NCBI GenBank assembly: GCA_965221585.1 | Contig: OZ244898.1 | Location: forward strand, 176,719 to 240,718 | Source of the DNA: Candidatus Aldehydirespiratoraceae bacterium | Lineage (GTDB): Bacteria; Actinomycetota; Acidimicrobiia; Acidimicrobiales; Aldehydirespiratoraceae | Direction: 5' to 3' | Length of the DNA: 64,000 nt | Shown: piece by piece, positions 47,330-56,995 of the stretch | Layout of the letters: every line of letters begins with the position of its first letter | How positions within the stretch are numbered: position 1 is the first letter of the stretch | The notes under the pieces: generated by a model | Seen by the model: only the letters and a program-made list of their open reading frames with translations | What the model was told of the DNA's origin: nothing | Databases searched by the model: none | Translations under genes and position numbers: made by a program

Positions 47330-48352
47330 ATGAAAAACCATAGATCCTCCGTAGTCACCCTCGTGGTTCTGCTCGGCTTGGCATTGTTCGCCACCGCCTG
47401 CGGCGGCGACGACGAATCAGACGACAGCATCACGCTCTACTCGGGACGAAACGAAGAACTGATCCAACCGCTGGTCGACGACTTCACCGCCAAGACCGGA
47501 ACCACCGTCGATGTGCGTTACGGCGACTCCGCGGATCTGGCGTTGCTGATCCAGACCGAGGGTGAGAACACTCCCGCCGACCTCTTCATCTCGCAGAGTC
47601 CGGGAGCACTCGGCCTGCTCGCAGGCGAGGGCCGCTTGGCCACGCTCGACAGTGATCTCACCTCAGCGGTGGCACAAGGATTCGCGGCAGGCGACGGCAC
47701 CTGGGTCGGTTTGACCGGACGCGTGCGCGTGGTCGTCTACAACAGCGACCTTGTAGACCGGGCAGATCTGCCGACATCGGTCCTCGACCTGGTCGACCCG
47801 GCATACGCGGGGAGGGTCGGAGTAGCGCCCAACAACGGTTCGTTCCAAGACTTCGTCACCGCGATGCGCAACGAACTGGGCGACGACGCGACGCGGGACT
47901 GGCTCGTGGGGATGGCCGAGAACAACTCCCCCAACTACCCCAAGAACTCTGCGATCGTAGAGGCTGTCGGACGTGGCGAAGTCCCGATGGGACTGGTCAA
48001 CCATTATTACAACCTGCGTGCGGTTGAGGCCGATCCGTCCGTGGCCAGCAAGAACCACTTCCTGCCGGTCGAAGACATCGGATCTCTGGTGATCGTCACG
48101 GCGGGCGCGGTGCTCTCCTCCTCCGATTCTGGCGAGACAGCTGAGTCGCTTCTGGAATTCCTGCTGAGCAATGATGCTCAGATGACCTTCGCCGACCAGA
48201 CGCAGGAATACCCGCTGGTCGCGGGTATCGCCCCGCCGTCCGACCTGCCGTCACTGGACGGATACGCGGCCCAGACCATCGACTATGATCTGCTCGGAGA
48301 CGGCTTGCTGGGAACGATCAATCTGATTCGAGAAAGCGGTCTTGAGCAGTAG
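47330..48352 (+). CDS. Fe(III) ABC transporter substrate-binding lipoprotein (FbpA-like)
   Basis: Lipobox LFATACGG, followed by ITLYSGRNEELIQPLVDDFTAKTG..VDVRYGDS...NHYY. Confidence 0.85.
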   Translation: MKNHRSSVVTLVVLLGLALFATACGGDDESDDSITLYSGRNEELIQPLVDDFTAKTGTTVDVRYGDSADLALLIQTEGENTPADLFISQSPGALGLLAGEGRLATLDSDLTSAVAQGFAAGDGTWVGLTGRVRVVVYNSDLVDRADLPTSVLDLVDPAYAGRVGVAPNNGSFQDFVTAMRNELGDDATRDWLVGMAENNSPNYPKNSAIVEAVGRGEVPMGLVNHYYNLRAVEADPSVASKNHFLPVEDIGSLVIVTAGAVLSSSDSGETAESLLEFLLSNDAQMTFADQTQEYPLVAGIAPPSDLPSLDGYAAQTIDYDLLGDGLLGTINLIRESGLEQ

Positions 48353-49994
48353 CCCGCGACCCTCCGGTATCGCCGAATCGGGGCGGTCGCCTGCATCGCG
48401 GTCGCCTGCATCGAAGGGTCGACCCCCCGCGGCGATGCTGGTCCTTTCGGTGTTGATCGGCGTGGTCTTCATGGGCCCGTTCGCCTATGTCGTGAGCCGC
48501 AACCTCGACCTGGGAACCGACCTCGGTTCGCTGCTGTTGTCGCAATCAACCTGGGATCCGCTGCGGCGCTCCCTGTTGCTCGGATTCGTCGTATCAGCAT
48601 CGACCGCGGCGATCGGCACCGGCCTGGCCTGGTTGACGATCCGCACCGACCTCTGGGGTCGCCGTGTCTGGCGGATTCTCGCCCCGATTCCACTGGTCTT
48701 TCCGAGCTTCGTCGGAGCGACCGCGTTGATCGCCGGGTTCGCGACCGGCGGCCTGGTGGAGGATCTCGTCGCGCCGCTGGGTATCACCGATCTGCCCGAC
48801 ATGAGGGGGTTTCGCGGTGCTTGGCTGGTATTGACGCTGTTCACCTATCCCTACGTCTATCTTCCGGTGGCGGCTCGGATGGCTTCGCTTCCACCGTCAC
48901 TCGAAGAGTCGGCCCGTCTGCTGGGTCGCAAACCGGCGACAGTCTTCCTGACCGTTGTGTTGCCCCAGGTCTGGAGCGCCGTGTTGGCCGGGACGATGCT
49001 CGTCTTCCTGTACACCATCAGTGATTTCGGCGCTGTTTCGCTGCTCGGATACAGCACTCTGGCCGAACAGATCTATGCCGACCAGCTGTTCGACCAGGCC
49101 CGTTCGATGGGGCTCGCCCTGATCCTGGGGGTCACCGCCCTGTGCGTCGTAACGGTCGAGCGCGCGCTCGAACGGCGGCGCGCTCAGGTGGAGGTGGCAC
49201 GCAGCCATGAACCGCTGATCGTTCCCCTCAAGCGCTGGGGCATCCCGGCGCTGGTTGTGGTAGCCGCTTTCCTCGGCAATGCGCTGATCGGCCCGGTCGC
49301 GGTGCTCGGGTTCTGGGCCTGGCGTGGTCTCACAACCAACATCGACTCGGTAGGTCTGGGAGTCGACATCGGAGATCTGCTGGGCCCGGCGTTGCGCACG
49401 GCCGAAGTCGGCCTCATCACCGCTGTGGTGGCAATTGCGGTGGTGTTGCCGATCGCCTGGTTGACGGGGCGCTATCGGAGCCGGATCGCCGGCGCGGCCA
49501 ATTCGATGGTGGTTGCGGGCTTCGCGCTCCCCGGCGTGGTGATTGCCCTTTCGCTGGTGTTCTGGGCTATTGACGCGCCGCTCATCGGACGTTGGTACCA
49601 GACGCTTCCGCTGCTCATCGTCGCCTATGTCCTGCACTTCGGCGCCCAGGCGAGTCGGGCAGCCCATGTCGCGGTGGAGACGGTAGCGGAGAACCTGAGC
49701 GACGCGGCAGCGACTCTGGGCGCGAACCGGTCGCGTCGATTCTTCACCGTCGAACTGCCGCTGATGGCTCCTGGCCTGTTCGCGGGCGCGGGTCTGGTGA
49801 TGCTCTCGACGATGAAGGAACTGCCGGCCACTCTGCTGCTCGCACCGATCGGTTTCGACACGCTCGCGACCGAGGTGTGGGCTGCCGGCGAGCGGGGGGC
49901 TCTCGCTCAAGGAGCGGTTGCCTCGCTCGCTCTGGTTGCGGTCAGCTCGGTCCTCACCTGGGCGGTCGTTCTGCGCCGGCTCGACGTGCACTGA
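48342..49994 (+). CDS. Fe(III) ABC transporter permease (duplicated MetI-type domain, FbpB-like)
   Basis: 550-aa polytopic protein with two EAA-type loops (LEESARLLGRKP.. / LSDAAATLGANRSRRFF). The start is uncertain: TTG at 48342 or ATG at 48435. Confidence 0.85.
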   Translation: MSSSPRPSGIAESGRSPASRSPASKGRPPAAMLVLSVLIGVVFMGPFAYVVSRNLDLGTDLGSLLLSQSTWDPLRRSLLLGFVVSASTAAIGTGLAWLTIRTDLWGRRVWRILAPIPLVFPSFVGATALIAGFATGGLVEDLVAPLGITDLPDMRGFRGAWLVLTLFTYPYVYLPVAARMASLPPSLEESARLLGRKPATVFLTVVLPQVWSAVLAGTMLVFLYTISDFGAVSLLGYSTLAEQIYADQLFDQARSMGLALILGVTALCVVTVERALERRRAQVEVARSHEPLIVPLKRWGIPALVVVAAFLGNALIGPVAVLGFWAWRGLTTNIDSVGLGVDIGDLLGPALRTAEVGLITAVVAIAVVLPIAWLTGRYRSRIAGAANSMVVAGFALPGVVIALSLVFWAIDAPLIGRWYQTLPLLIVAYVLHFGAQASRAAHVAVETVAENLSDAAATLGANRSRRFFTVELPLMAPGLFAGAGLVMLSTMKELPATLLLAPIGFDTLATEVWAAGERGALAQGAVASLALVAVSSVLTWAVVLRRLDVH

Positions 49995-50050
49995 TTTGCA
50001 GCACCCATTCGGAGGTTCGACTCCCGCCCGTCGCCACGGCGTGGCACTCG

Positions 50051-51166
50051 TCAGCGGGCGAGCAGGCCGTCGGGACCGAGCACCTTCGCTGCGAACCGCT
50101 CGCCCATCCGCATGTAGCCGGCGGCGTTGGGGTGGAGCCCGTCGGGCAGGTCGTCGATGTCGTCGGAGCCGAACAACTCCAAACCGTCGAGGTAGTGCAG
50201 ATGCCCGTCACCTTGGGAGACCCGGTCGGAGACGACGCCGGCGAGGATGGTCCGGCAGTCACGGGTAGTCAGTGGCGGCACCTGCGGATCGCGCGCAGAG
50301 TGATGCTGTCCGTCAGCCGCGTCGAGATGCGCCTCTCGGTCGGGGCTGTAAATCGGCGAGCACACGACGACCGGTGTGACAGGGTGGCCGTCGCGCACGG
50401 TGTCGAGGAATCCGTGGACCGCGGATCGGAAGGTCCGCTCGCGGAACGTTTCCAGCGAGTTGATCCCGAGCTTGAGCGAGATGAGCGAGGCGTCGCGGTC
50501 GCGGATGAAGCGGGCCACGAACTGGTCGGTGTGGCACTCTCCCGAGAAGCCGAGGTTGATGAGGGACAGCCGGTTCCCCCCGGCACGGGCCGCGACCGCG
50601 GGCCAGATGTTCGTGGGCCGGTCGGCAGCTGAGCAGTGGCTGATTGAACTGCCGTAGTGGATCCAGGCCTCGGGCTGCGCCGAGGGCTCAACCGTCGACC
50701 CAGCAGCGACCGTCAACCGCCGCACCATCAACACGGCCGTGTGGGGAAGCCATACTTCGATCGACTTCATTCCAGCGGGCAGCCCTCGGAAGGAGATCGT
50801 GGCCGGTCCGTGGTTCTCGATGCTTAAGTCGCTGAGGTTGTTGGTGTCGTACGCGATCACCGTCCCGGCGTCGGTCTCAGCGCCGTCTGTGAGCTCGCCG
50901 TCGACCATCAGGTCGAAACGGGCGGGCTCGGACTCGGTCCCGTCGAGCTGCACGCGCACCGGTTCGACTTCAAGCTCCACCGAGGACGAGTCGGTGCGAA
51001 AGCAGGCTCGGATTCCCGAGCACATCTCCGCCACGAACGCGGTGCGGAAGTCCAGTTGGTAGCGGGACCCCGGCGGCACGCGGACGGGCCGGACGCCGTC
51101 GAGTTCCTCGACGACATCGGTTGCGCCCACCCATTCCACCGCATGATGGCGGGTGATGTCATTCAT
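50051..51166 (-). CDS. SGNH/GDSL-type hydrolase family protein with N-terminal beta-sandwich region
   Basis: ATG at 51166. Block I-like IHYGSSISHC and C-terminal DGLHPNAAGY (block V DxxH). Confidence 0.7.
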   Translation of the reverse strand: MNDITRHHAVEWVGATDVVEELDGVRPVRVPPGSRYQLDFRTAFVAEMCSGIRACFRTDSSSVELEVEPVRVQLDGTESEPARFDLMVDGELTDGAETDAGTVIAYDTNNLSDLSIENHGPATISFRGLPAGMKSIEVWLPHTAVLMVRRLTVAAGSTVEPSAQPEAWIHYGSSISHCSAADRPTNIWPAVAARAGGNRLSLINLGFSGECHTDQFVARFIRDRDASLISLKLGINSLETFRERTFRSAVHGFLDTVRDGHPVTPVVVCSPIYSPDREAHLDAADGQHHSARDPQVPPLTTRDCRTILAGVVSDRVSQGDGHLHYLDGLELFGSDDIDDLPDGLHPNAAGYMRMGERFAAKVLGPDGLLAR

Positions 51167-51401
51167 GGAGCCTCCTACGACTACGGGTCGGACCTCTCGA
51201 TGGCCCGCTGGTCGGTGCCCAGGCACGAGGCTACGACATCAGGCTCGCAGAGGGCTCACCTCGACGATGTCGCGCTATCGGTGCTGGCACTTCGCCAGTC
51301 GGCTCCGGTGGCTTGAACCCGCGAAATCTGACTGGCTCGGTTGTGGCGAAAGCCGGTGGTGTACGCTTCTCGATCACCACGGTTCTGGCCACGAGGAGCA
51401 G

Positions 51402-52601
51402 ATGCTTGAGATGACACTGGATCCTGAGCTGTTCCTTCCCGACCCGGATCAGGTTGATGTGCGTTACACCGTGATCTCGGTCGATGACCACGTTGTGGAG
51501 CCGCCGCACTTGTTCAAGGAGTACATGTCCCCCCGGCTGCGTGAACGCGGTCCGAAGGTGGTCGAGCACCCGAACGGTGCCGAGATGTGGGAGTTCGAGG
51601 GAGAGACCTACTCCCAGGTCGGCATGCTGGCCTTCGCCGGGCGGCGCAAGGAAACGATGCAGGAGGAACCCTCCCGGTTCGAGGACATGCGGCCTGGTTG
51701 CTACGACGTCGACGCCCGGATCGCTGACATGGATCTTGCGGGTATCTGGGCGATGCTCAACTTCCCGTCGGCGATCAGTGGATTCTGTGGGCGGATCTTC
51801 GCAGGGGCGCAAGACAGAGAGGTTGGTCTCGATTGTGTTCGGGCCTGGAACGACTGGTTGTACACCGAGTGGTTCGAGCCCCATCCGAACCGGGTCATCC
51901 CCTGTGCCATCACCTACCTCGGAGACAAGGAGCAGGCCGTAGCAGAGATTCACCGCAATGCTGAACGAGGTTTCGTGTCGGTGACGTTCCCTGATCGTCC
52001 ACATCGGATCGGCCTGCCGTCGCTGTGGGACCGTGATTTCTGGGATCCCATCATCGAGGCCTGCGTCGATACCGACACTGTCGTCTCGATGCATGTGGGG
52101 AGTTCGGGTCCCAACTACGAGCCGCCTCCCGGATCCCCGTCGTTGCCACTCAGGGCTCACATGTTCGGGATGCTGTCTGTGCGCAGCTGTTTGGAATGGC
52201 TGATGTCGCCCTACCCGGAGATGTATCCGGATCTGAAGATCGCCATGTCGGAGGGCGGTATCGGTTGGGTGCCGATGCTGATCGACCGGCTCAACAATGT
52301 CCTTGACCGGAAGGGTTACGAGGTCGGTGGGGAGGAGCATCCTGCGGACGTGTTGCGCCGGAACTTCTGGTTCTGCACTCTCGACGATCCGTCCACGATC
52401 GACTGCCGTCACACGATTGGTGTCGAGAACATCATGTTGGAGACCGACTACCCTCACGGCGACGGTACTTGGCCCGACACTCAGGATGTGATCGAGCGCC
52501 ATTGGGGTCACATACCCAACGACGAACTTCGGGCCATGTGCTGCGAGAACGCCGCCCTTCTTTACCGTCATCCCCTCCCGGAGGTGGTGCTTCCGCTGTG
52601 A
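51402..52601 (+). CDS. Amidohydrolase family protein (Amidohydro_2 / ACMSD-like)
   Basis: ATG at 51402. VISVDDHVVEPPHLF...; LETDYPHGDGTWP is a metal-binding C-terminal motif. Confidence 0.8.
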   Translation: MLEMTLDPELFLPDPDQVDVRYTVISVDDHVVEPPHLFKEYMSPRLRERGPKVVEHPNGAEMWEFEGETYSQVGMLAFAGRRKETMQEEPSRFEDMRPGCYDVDARIADMDLAGIWAMLNFPSAISGFCGRIFAGAQDREVGLDCVRAWNDWLYTEWFEPHPNRVIPCAITYLGDKEQAVAEIHRNAERGFVSVTFPDRPHRIGLPSLWDRDFWDPIIEACVDTDTVVSMHVGSSGPNYEPPPGSPSLPLRAHMFGMLSVRSCLEWLMSPYPEMYPDLKIAMSEGGIGWVPMLIDRLNNVLDRKGYEVGGEEHPADVLRRNFWFCTLDDPSTIDCRHTIGVENIMLETDYPHGDGTWPDTQDVIERHWGHIPNDELRAMCCENAALLYRHPLPEVVLPL

Positions 52602-52722
52602 CGTTCCGCTCTACAGTACGGTCTGGAGCCGGCAGGCCGGTGCCCTTCTACTATCGGGACCGGGTCGGTGGTTCTGCCATAATGGCTACGCCCGCCTTGA
52701 CGACTAGCACTAGGAGGGACCG

Positions 52723-53211
52723 GTGAGGAAGGCAACCGAGACCGATTTGCCCGGCGTGGGGGTTCGCTTCGATCTTGAGACGAACGCAGGCCGCTCGGTG
52801 GGTGTGGTGGTTCATCAAACCGGGCGTCGGGATCTGGTGATCTATGACGAACGAGACTTTGATCGTGCTTGCGAGAGTCTGGAGCTGACCGAAGACGAGG
52901 GGCACACAATCGGTGAACTGCTCGGAGGGAATCCAGTCCTGGAGCATCTCGACGATGCCGTGCACCGACTCGAGGACCTCGTCATCTCGTGGGTGACGAT
53001 CGACCCGAAATCATCCCTCGCGGGACTCACCCTCGCAGAGGCTTCACTGAGGTCGCGAACCGGCGCCGGCATCGTCGCGCTCGTAAGCGACTCAGGTTCG
53101 ATACCCATCCCCGCGGGGACTGAGACCCTCGAATCCGGTGACACAGCGGTGTTGGTCGGCGTGCCGGCCGCGGTGACAGCTGCAACCAAACTTCTGACGC
53201 GACCGGGCTAG
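52723..53211 (+). CDS. Cation:proton antiporter regulatory subunit (KhtT-like, TrkA-C domain)
   Basis: GTG preceded by AGGAGGG. TDLPGVGVRFDLETNAGRSVGVVVHQTGRRDLVIYD...; C-terminal TrkA-C (LAGLTLAEASLRSRTGAGIVAL). Confidence 0.8.
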   Translation: MRKATETDLPGVGVRFDLETNAGRSVGVVVHQTGRRDLVIYDERDFDRACESLELTEDEGHTIGELLGGNPVLEHLDDAVHRLEDLVISWVTIDPKSSLAGLTLAEASLRSRTGAGIVALVSDSGSIPIPAGTETLESGDTAVLVGVPAAVTAATKLLTRPG

Positions 53212-53214
53212 CCC

Positions 53215-54387
53215 ATGCACTCGGGCGGCGACCTCCTGGTTATCGAACTCGGAGCGGTGGTGTTGACGTTGGCCGTCGTCGCCCGCCTGGCACGCAGGAT
53301 CGGCGTGCCGGCGCTTCCCTTGTACCTGCTCGTGGGGCTTGCGCTGGGCGAAGGAGGTCTTCTTGAACTGTCGGCGTCCGAAGAGTTCATCGAAGTGGGA
53401 GCTGAGATCGGTGTGATCCTGATGCTGCTGATGCTCGGACTCGAGTTCTCGGCTCAAGAGTTGATCACCAACCTGCGACGTTCGACGCTGGCTGGGTTTG
53501 TCGACTTCGCCCTCAACTTTCCGCCCGGTTTTGTTGCTGGGCTGATTCTCGGTTTCGACCCGATTGTGGCGATCCTGCTCGGCGGAGTGACATACATATC
53601 GTCTTCGGGCATTGTGGCGAAGCTGGTTGCGGACCTGGACCGCATCGGCAACCACGAGACCTCGGTGGTCCTCAGCGTCCTCGTCATCGAGGACCTCGCC
53701 ATGGTGCTCTACCTGCCGATTGTCTCCGGTGTGCTGTTCGGCGGCTCAGTTCTCAACACCGCGATCACGGTCTCCATATCTTTGCTCGCAGTGCTCGCGG
53801 TGCTCGCTGTCGCCTACGTTCTCGGTGACCGGCTCAGCGCGATAGCTCTCAGCCAATCGAGCGAAGCTCTGTTGTTGACCCTGCTCGGCGGCACGCTTCT
53901 TGTTGCCGGTGTCGCTGGTCGTCTCAACCTCTCGACGGCGGTGGGAGCCTTCATTGTGGGCATCGTCCTGTCAGGTGAGATTGTGTCGCATGCCCGGGGG
54001 CTGATTTTGCCGCTGCGCAACCTCTTCGCCGCAGTCTTCTTCGTGTTCTTCGGCCTGCAGGTGGATCTCTCGCTCATCCCGGACGTTGCTGTGGCAGCGG
54101 CTGTGATCGCGGCGGTGACTGTCGTCACCAAATTCGCCACTGGCTGGGTCGCTGCCGGACGAGCGGCGATCGGCAAACCCGGGCGGGCCCGCGCCGGAGC
54201 CGCCCTGATAGCCCACGGGGAGTTCTCCATAGTCATTGCAGAACTTGGGATCAGCCGAGAGAACGACCTCGGTGCGCTTGCGGCCACCTATGTGACCATC
54301 CTCACGCTCGTCGGCGCGATGCTGTACCAGTTCTCCGACTCCATCACTCTGCCCGCTTTGAAAAAGCGCTCTCGCATACGTTCCTGA
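53215..54387 (+). CDS. Cation:proton antiporter (CPA2 family, KhtU/KefB-like)
   Basis: 390-aa polytopic protein; LPLYLLVGLALGEGG...EIGVILMLLMLGLEFS. Confidence 0.85.
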   Translation: MHSGGDLLVIELGAVVLTLAVVARLARRIGVPALPLYLLVGLALGEGGLLELSASEEFIEVGAEIGVILMLLMLGLEFSAQELITNLRRSTLAGFVDFALNFPPGFVAGLILGFDPIVAILLGGVTYISSSGIVAKLVADLDRIGNHETSVVLSVLVIEDLAMVLYLPIVSGVLFGGSVLNTAITVSISLLAVLAVLAVAYVLGDRLSAIALSQSSEALLLTLLGGTLLVAGVAGRLNLSTAVGAFIVGIVLSGEIVSHARGLILPLRNLFAAVFFVFFGLQVDLSLIPDVAVAAAVIAAVTVVTKFATGWVAAGRAAIGKPGRARAGAALIAHGEFSIVIAELGISRENDLGALAATYVTILTLVGAMLYQFSDSITLPALKKRSRIRS

Positions 54388-54555
54388 GAACAGCAACCGC
54401 CGTAGCGGGAAGGTGCTGTGCTGAAGAACCGCGATGTGTCGGGTAGCTGACATTCAGTGTGTCGTGTAGTTGTCTCAGAAGGCTGCAACGCGCTGCGAGT
54501 ATGACCGTTCGGCGGATGCTCCGGTGGTCCGAGACGAACTGCCGGGAGCGCGTTT

Positions 54556-54592
54556 CATGGGGGGTCCCGTAGGCGGAGGGACTCCCCCCATG
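54556..54592 (+). other. Strong G/C hairpin inside a 268-nt non-coding gap
   Basis: CATGGGGGGTCCC-gtaggcgga-GGGA(ct)CCCCCCATG: 13 pairing positions with a 2-nt bulge, read directly. Confidence 0.5.
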
Positions 54593-54655
54593 AGCGTGAC
54601 GGCGCTGTGGCTTATACGCTCGGACCCCAGTGTCTCGGTCCGCTCGGGAGGTCTC

Positions 54656-55255
54656 ATGCGGTTCGTTCGTCTGACAACTGCACTTTTGGTTCTGGCACTG
54701 CTGATCGCGGCCTGTGGCGGCGATGACGCCGATGAAACCACTGATCCTGGTGAACCTCAGCCAACGGAGTCCGTCGAGACATCGTCGACCACATCGACCA
54801 CAGCACCCATCCCACAAGACGCTGTGTCGCTCGGCGATCTGCAGATCGTCGGGGTCGAGTTCGGCGACACCGGTTTCGTGAGAGTACGGAACAGCGGCAC
54901 CGCCGATGCCAACGTCAACGGCATTTACATCTGTCAGTTCCCCCAGTACACGGATCTCGGCACTGTCGTGGCCCGCGGGGTCATTGCTGCCGGGACGACC
55001 GTTGAGATTCCCGCTTCGGCAGTCGGCGGGTTGAGTGATCAGGGCGGTGAGGCCGCCCTGTATGCCAACAACACCGACTTCAATTCGCCTAGCAACATTC
55101 TGGCGTACGTGCAGTGGGGAACCGGAGGTGCTCGAGCCGATGTGGCGACTGCAGCCAACATCTGGGCGGGACCCGATGTCTCGATCACTCCCGATCCCGA
55201 ATACAACGACATCGTGCTCAACGGTGATCCAGCCGACCCGGAAGCTTGGAGCTGA
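54656..55255 (+). CDS. Secreted lipoprotein, possibly lamin-tail-domain-like beta-sandwich
   Basis: ATG at 54656. MRFVRLTTALLVLALLIAACGG lipobox and Thr/Ser linker. LQIVGVEFGDTGFVRVRNSGTADANVNGIYIC resembles the LTD pattern (tentative). Confidence 0.55.
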   Translation: MRFVRLTTALLVLALLIAACGGDDADETTDPGEPQPTESVETSSTTSTTAPIPQDAVSLGDLQIVGVEFGDTGFVRVRNSGTADANVNGIYICQFPQYTDLGTVVARGVIAAGTTVEIPASAVGGLSDQGGEAALYANNTDFNSPSNILAYVQWGTGGARADVATAANIWAGPDVSITPDPEYNDIVLNGDPADPEAWS

Positions 55256-55256
55256 G

Positions 55257-56069
55257 ATGGGGATCGAGGTCCATCCCGTCACCGCGACGCTGGGAGCCGA
55301 AGTGACGGGCGTCGACTTGGCCGACGTCGACGCGGTGACGCTCGACCAGCTCAAGAAGGCTTGGCTCGACTACAAGGTGCTCGTCCTGCGGGATCAACAC
55401 ATCACCACCGAACAGCACATTGCGTTCGGCCGGCTCTTCGGAGATCTCGAGGTGCACCCGTTCGCGACCGGGCGACGGGACTACCCCGAGATCGTCAAGA
55501 TCAAATCGACCGCGGAGCATCGGTACGCCGCTGCGAGTTGGCATTCGGACGTCACCTGGCGTCAGGAACCGTCGATGGGCTCGATCCTGCGCGGAGTCGT
55601 GATACCTCCTGCCGGAGGCGACACCTGCTTCGCCGACGCGGCCGCCGCCTATGAGCTTCTGTCCGCCGACTTCAAGGCGGAGTTGGACGACCTGTTCGCG
55701 ATCCACGACTTCACAAAGACCTTCGGGCGGGCGCTCAGCGCGCAGGAACGTACAGCCAAACAAAAGGAGTTCCCACCGGCTCGTCACCCCGTGATTCGCA
55801 CCCATCCCGAGACCGGTCAACGCTCCATCTACACGAACCGGACATTCGCTTCCCATATCGAGGGCGTGGACAGCGACGTGAGCGAGCGGATCCTCGATCG
55901 GCTCGAACGGGCGATCATGAATCCGACGGTCCAGTGCCGGATCCGCTGGAAGGTGGATACTTTCGTGATGTGGGACAACCGGGCGGTGCAGCACTTCGGC
56001 ACCGACGACTTCTACCCGCAGACCCGTCACGTGGAGCGGGTGACCATCGTCGGCGACAGGCCGTTCTAG
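55257..56069 (+). CDS. TauD/TfdA family Fe(II)/2-oxoglutarate dioxygenase
   Basis: ATG 1 nt after the lipoprotein stop. WHSDVTW (HxD), GGDTCFAD, VQCRIRWKVDTFVMWDNRAVQH. Confidence 0.9.
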   Translation: MGIEVHPVTATLGAEVTGVDLADVDAVTLDQLKKAWLDYKVLVLRDQHITTEQHIAFGRLFGDLEVHPFATGRRDYPEIVKIKSTAEHRYAAASWHSDVTWRQEPSMGSILRGVVIPPAGGDTCFADAAAAYELLSADFKAELDDLFAIHDFTKTFGRALSAQERTAKQKEFPPARHPVIRTHPETGQRSIYTNRTFASHIEGVDSDVSERILDRLERAIMNPTVQCRIRWKVDTFVMWDNRAVQHFGTDDFYPQTRHVERVTIVGDRPF

Positions 56070-56118
56070 CTGTGGGTACCTTGGTTGTGGATACCTTGCT
56101 TATGGATACCGTGGCGCA

Positions 56119-56952
56119 ATGAGCCAGACCCTGACCACTCTCGATGTGCGTCCGCTCACCGCGACCCTCGGCGCTGAGGTGTTCGGATTCGATATGGCTG
56201 CGGTCGACGACTCGACGCGTGACGAACTGCACGAGATCTGGATGGAGCACAAGGTCCTGGTGTTCCGTGATCAACACATCACCATCGAGGAACACATCGC
56301 CTTCGGTCGGTTGTTCGGAGACCTGGAGATCCACCCGTTCACCGACAACGACGAGGGTCACCCAGAAGTCGTGGTGCTCGAAGCCGGCGGCGACAGCGGC
56401 AAGTCCTTTGTCGCGGCGGGTTGGCACAGCGACGTGACCTGGCGGGCGGAACCGTCGATGGGCTCGATCCTGCGCGGGCGTGTCGTTCCTCAGGTCGGTG
56501 GAGACACCTGCTTCGCTGATGCGACCGCGGCTTATGCGCGGCTGTCGGACGATTGGAAGCAGAGGGTGGACGACCTGTACGCCATCCACGACTACTCGCG
56601 GGTATTCGGCGACCGTGTCGACCCTTCGGAGACCGAGGAGATCCAGGCGAAGTATCCTCCGCAACGACATCCGGTCATCAGGACCCACCCGGTCACCGGT
56701 GCCAGAGGCATCTACACCAATATCGGCTTCACCTCGCATGTGGACGGGGTCTCTGAGCAGGAGAGCAGCGAGATCCTGCGGCATCTTGAGCGGGCGATCC
56801 GGAATCCTTCGGTTCAGTGCCGTGTCCGCTGGGGGGTCGACACTTTCGTGATGTGGGACAACCGGGCTGTGCAACACGCGGCAGCCACCGATTTTCTTCC
56901 CGAGCACAGGCTGATGGAGCGGGTCACGATCGTCGGCGACCGCCCGTTCTAG
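56119..56952 (+). CDS. TauD/TfdA family Fe(II)/2-oxoglutarate dioxygenase (tandem paralogue)
   Basis: Collinear with the upstream paralogue: WHSDVTWRAEPSMGSILRG, GGDTCFADA, VQCRVRWGVDTFVMWDNRAVQH. Confidence 0.9.
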   Translation: MSQTLTTLDVRPLTATLGAEVFGFDMAAVDDSTRDELHEIWMEHKVLVFRDQHITIEEHIAFGRLFGDLEIHPFTDNDEGHPEVVVLEAGGDSGKSFVAAGWHSDVTWRAEPSMGSILRGRVVPQVGGDTCFADATAAYARLSDDWKQRVDDLYAIHDYSRVFGDRVDPSETEEIQAKYPPQRHPVIRTHPVTGARGIYTNIGFTSHVDGVSEQESSEILRHLERAIRNPSVQCRVRWGVDTFVMWDNRAVQHAAATDFLPEHRLMERVTIVGDRPF

Positions 56953-56995
56953 CCATCTCGACACTGGCGTTCCAGCTGTTGGATCAGCCGTTCAA

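Noticed and set aside
48384-48413. Perfect 15-bp tandem duplication CGGTCGCCTGCATCG x2 (encoding RSPASRSPAS) at the 5' end of the permease ORF
   Set aside because: It is real in the sequence but is a trivial two-copy microduplication. It mainly suggests that the permease starts downstream at ATG 48435. It is not a repeat array.
51231-52571. 446-aa ORF antisense to the amidohydrolase gene, and 48897..49991 antisense to the permease
   Set aside because: Shadow ORFs opposite motif-supported genes in a high-GC genome.
55218-56964. ORFs 55218..56030 and 55915..56964 antisense to the two TauD genes
   Set aside because: The sense frames carry the HxD...H 2-oxoglutarate dioxygenase motifs. The antisense frames are R/G/P-rich and mirror each other only because the sense genes are paralogues.
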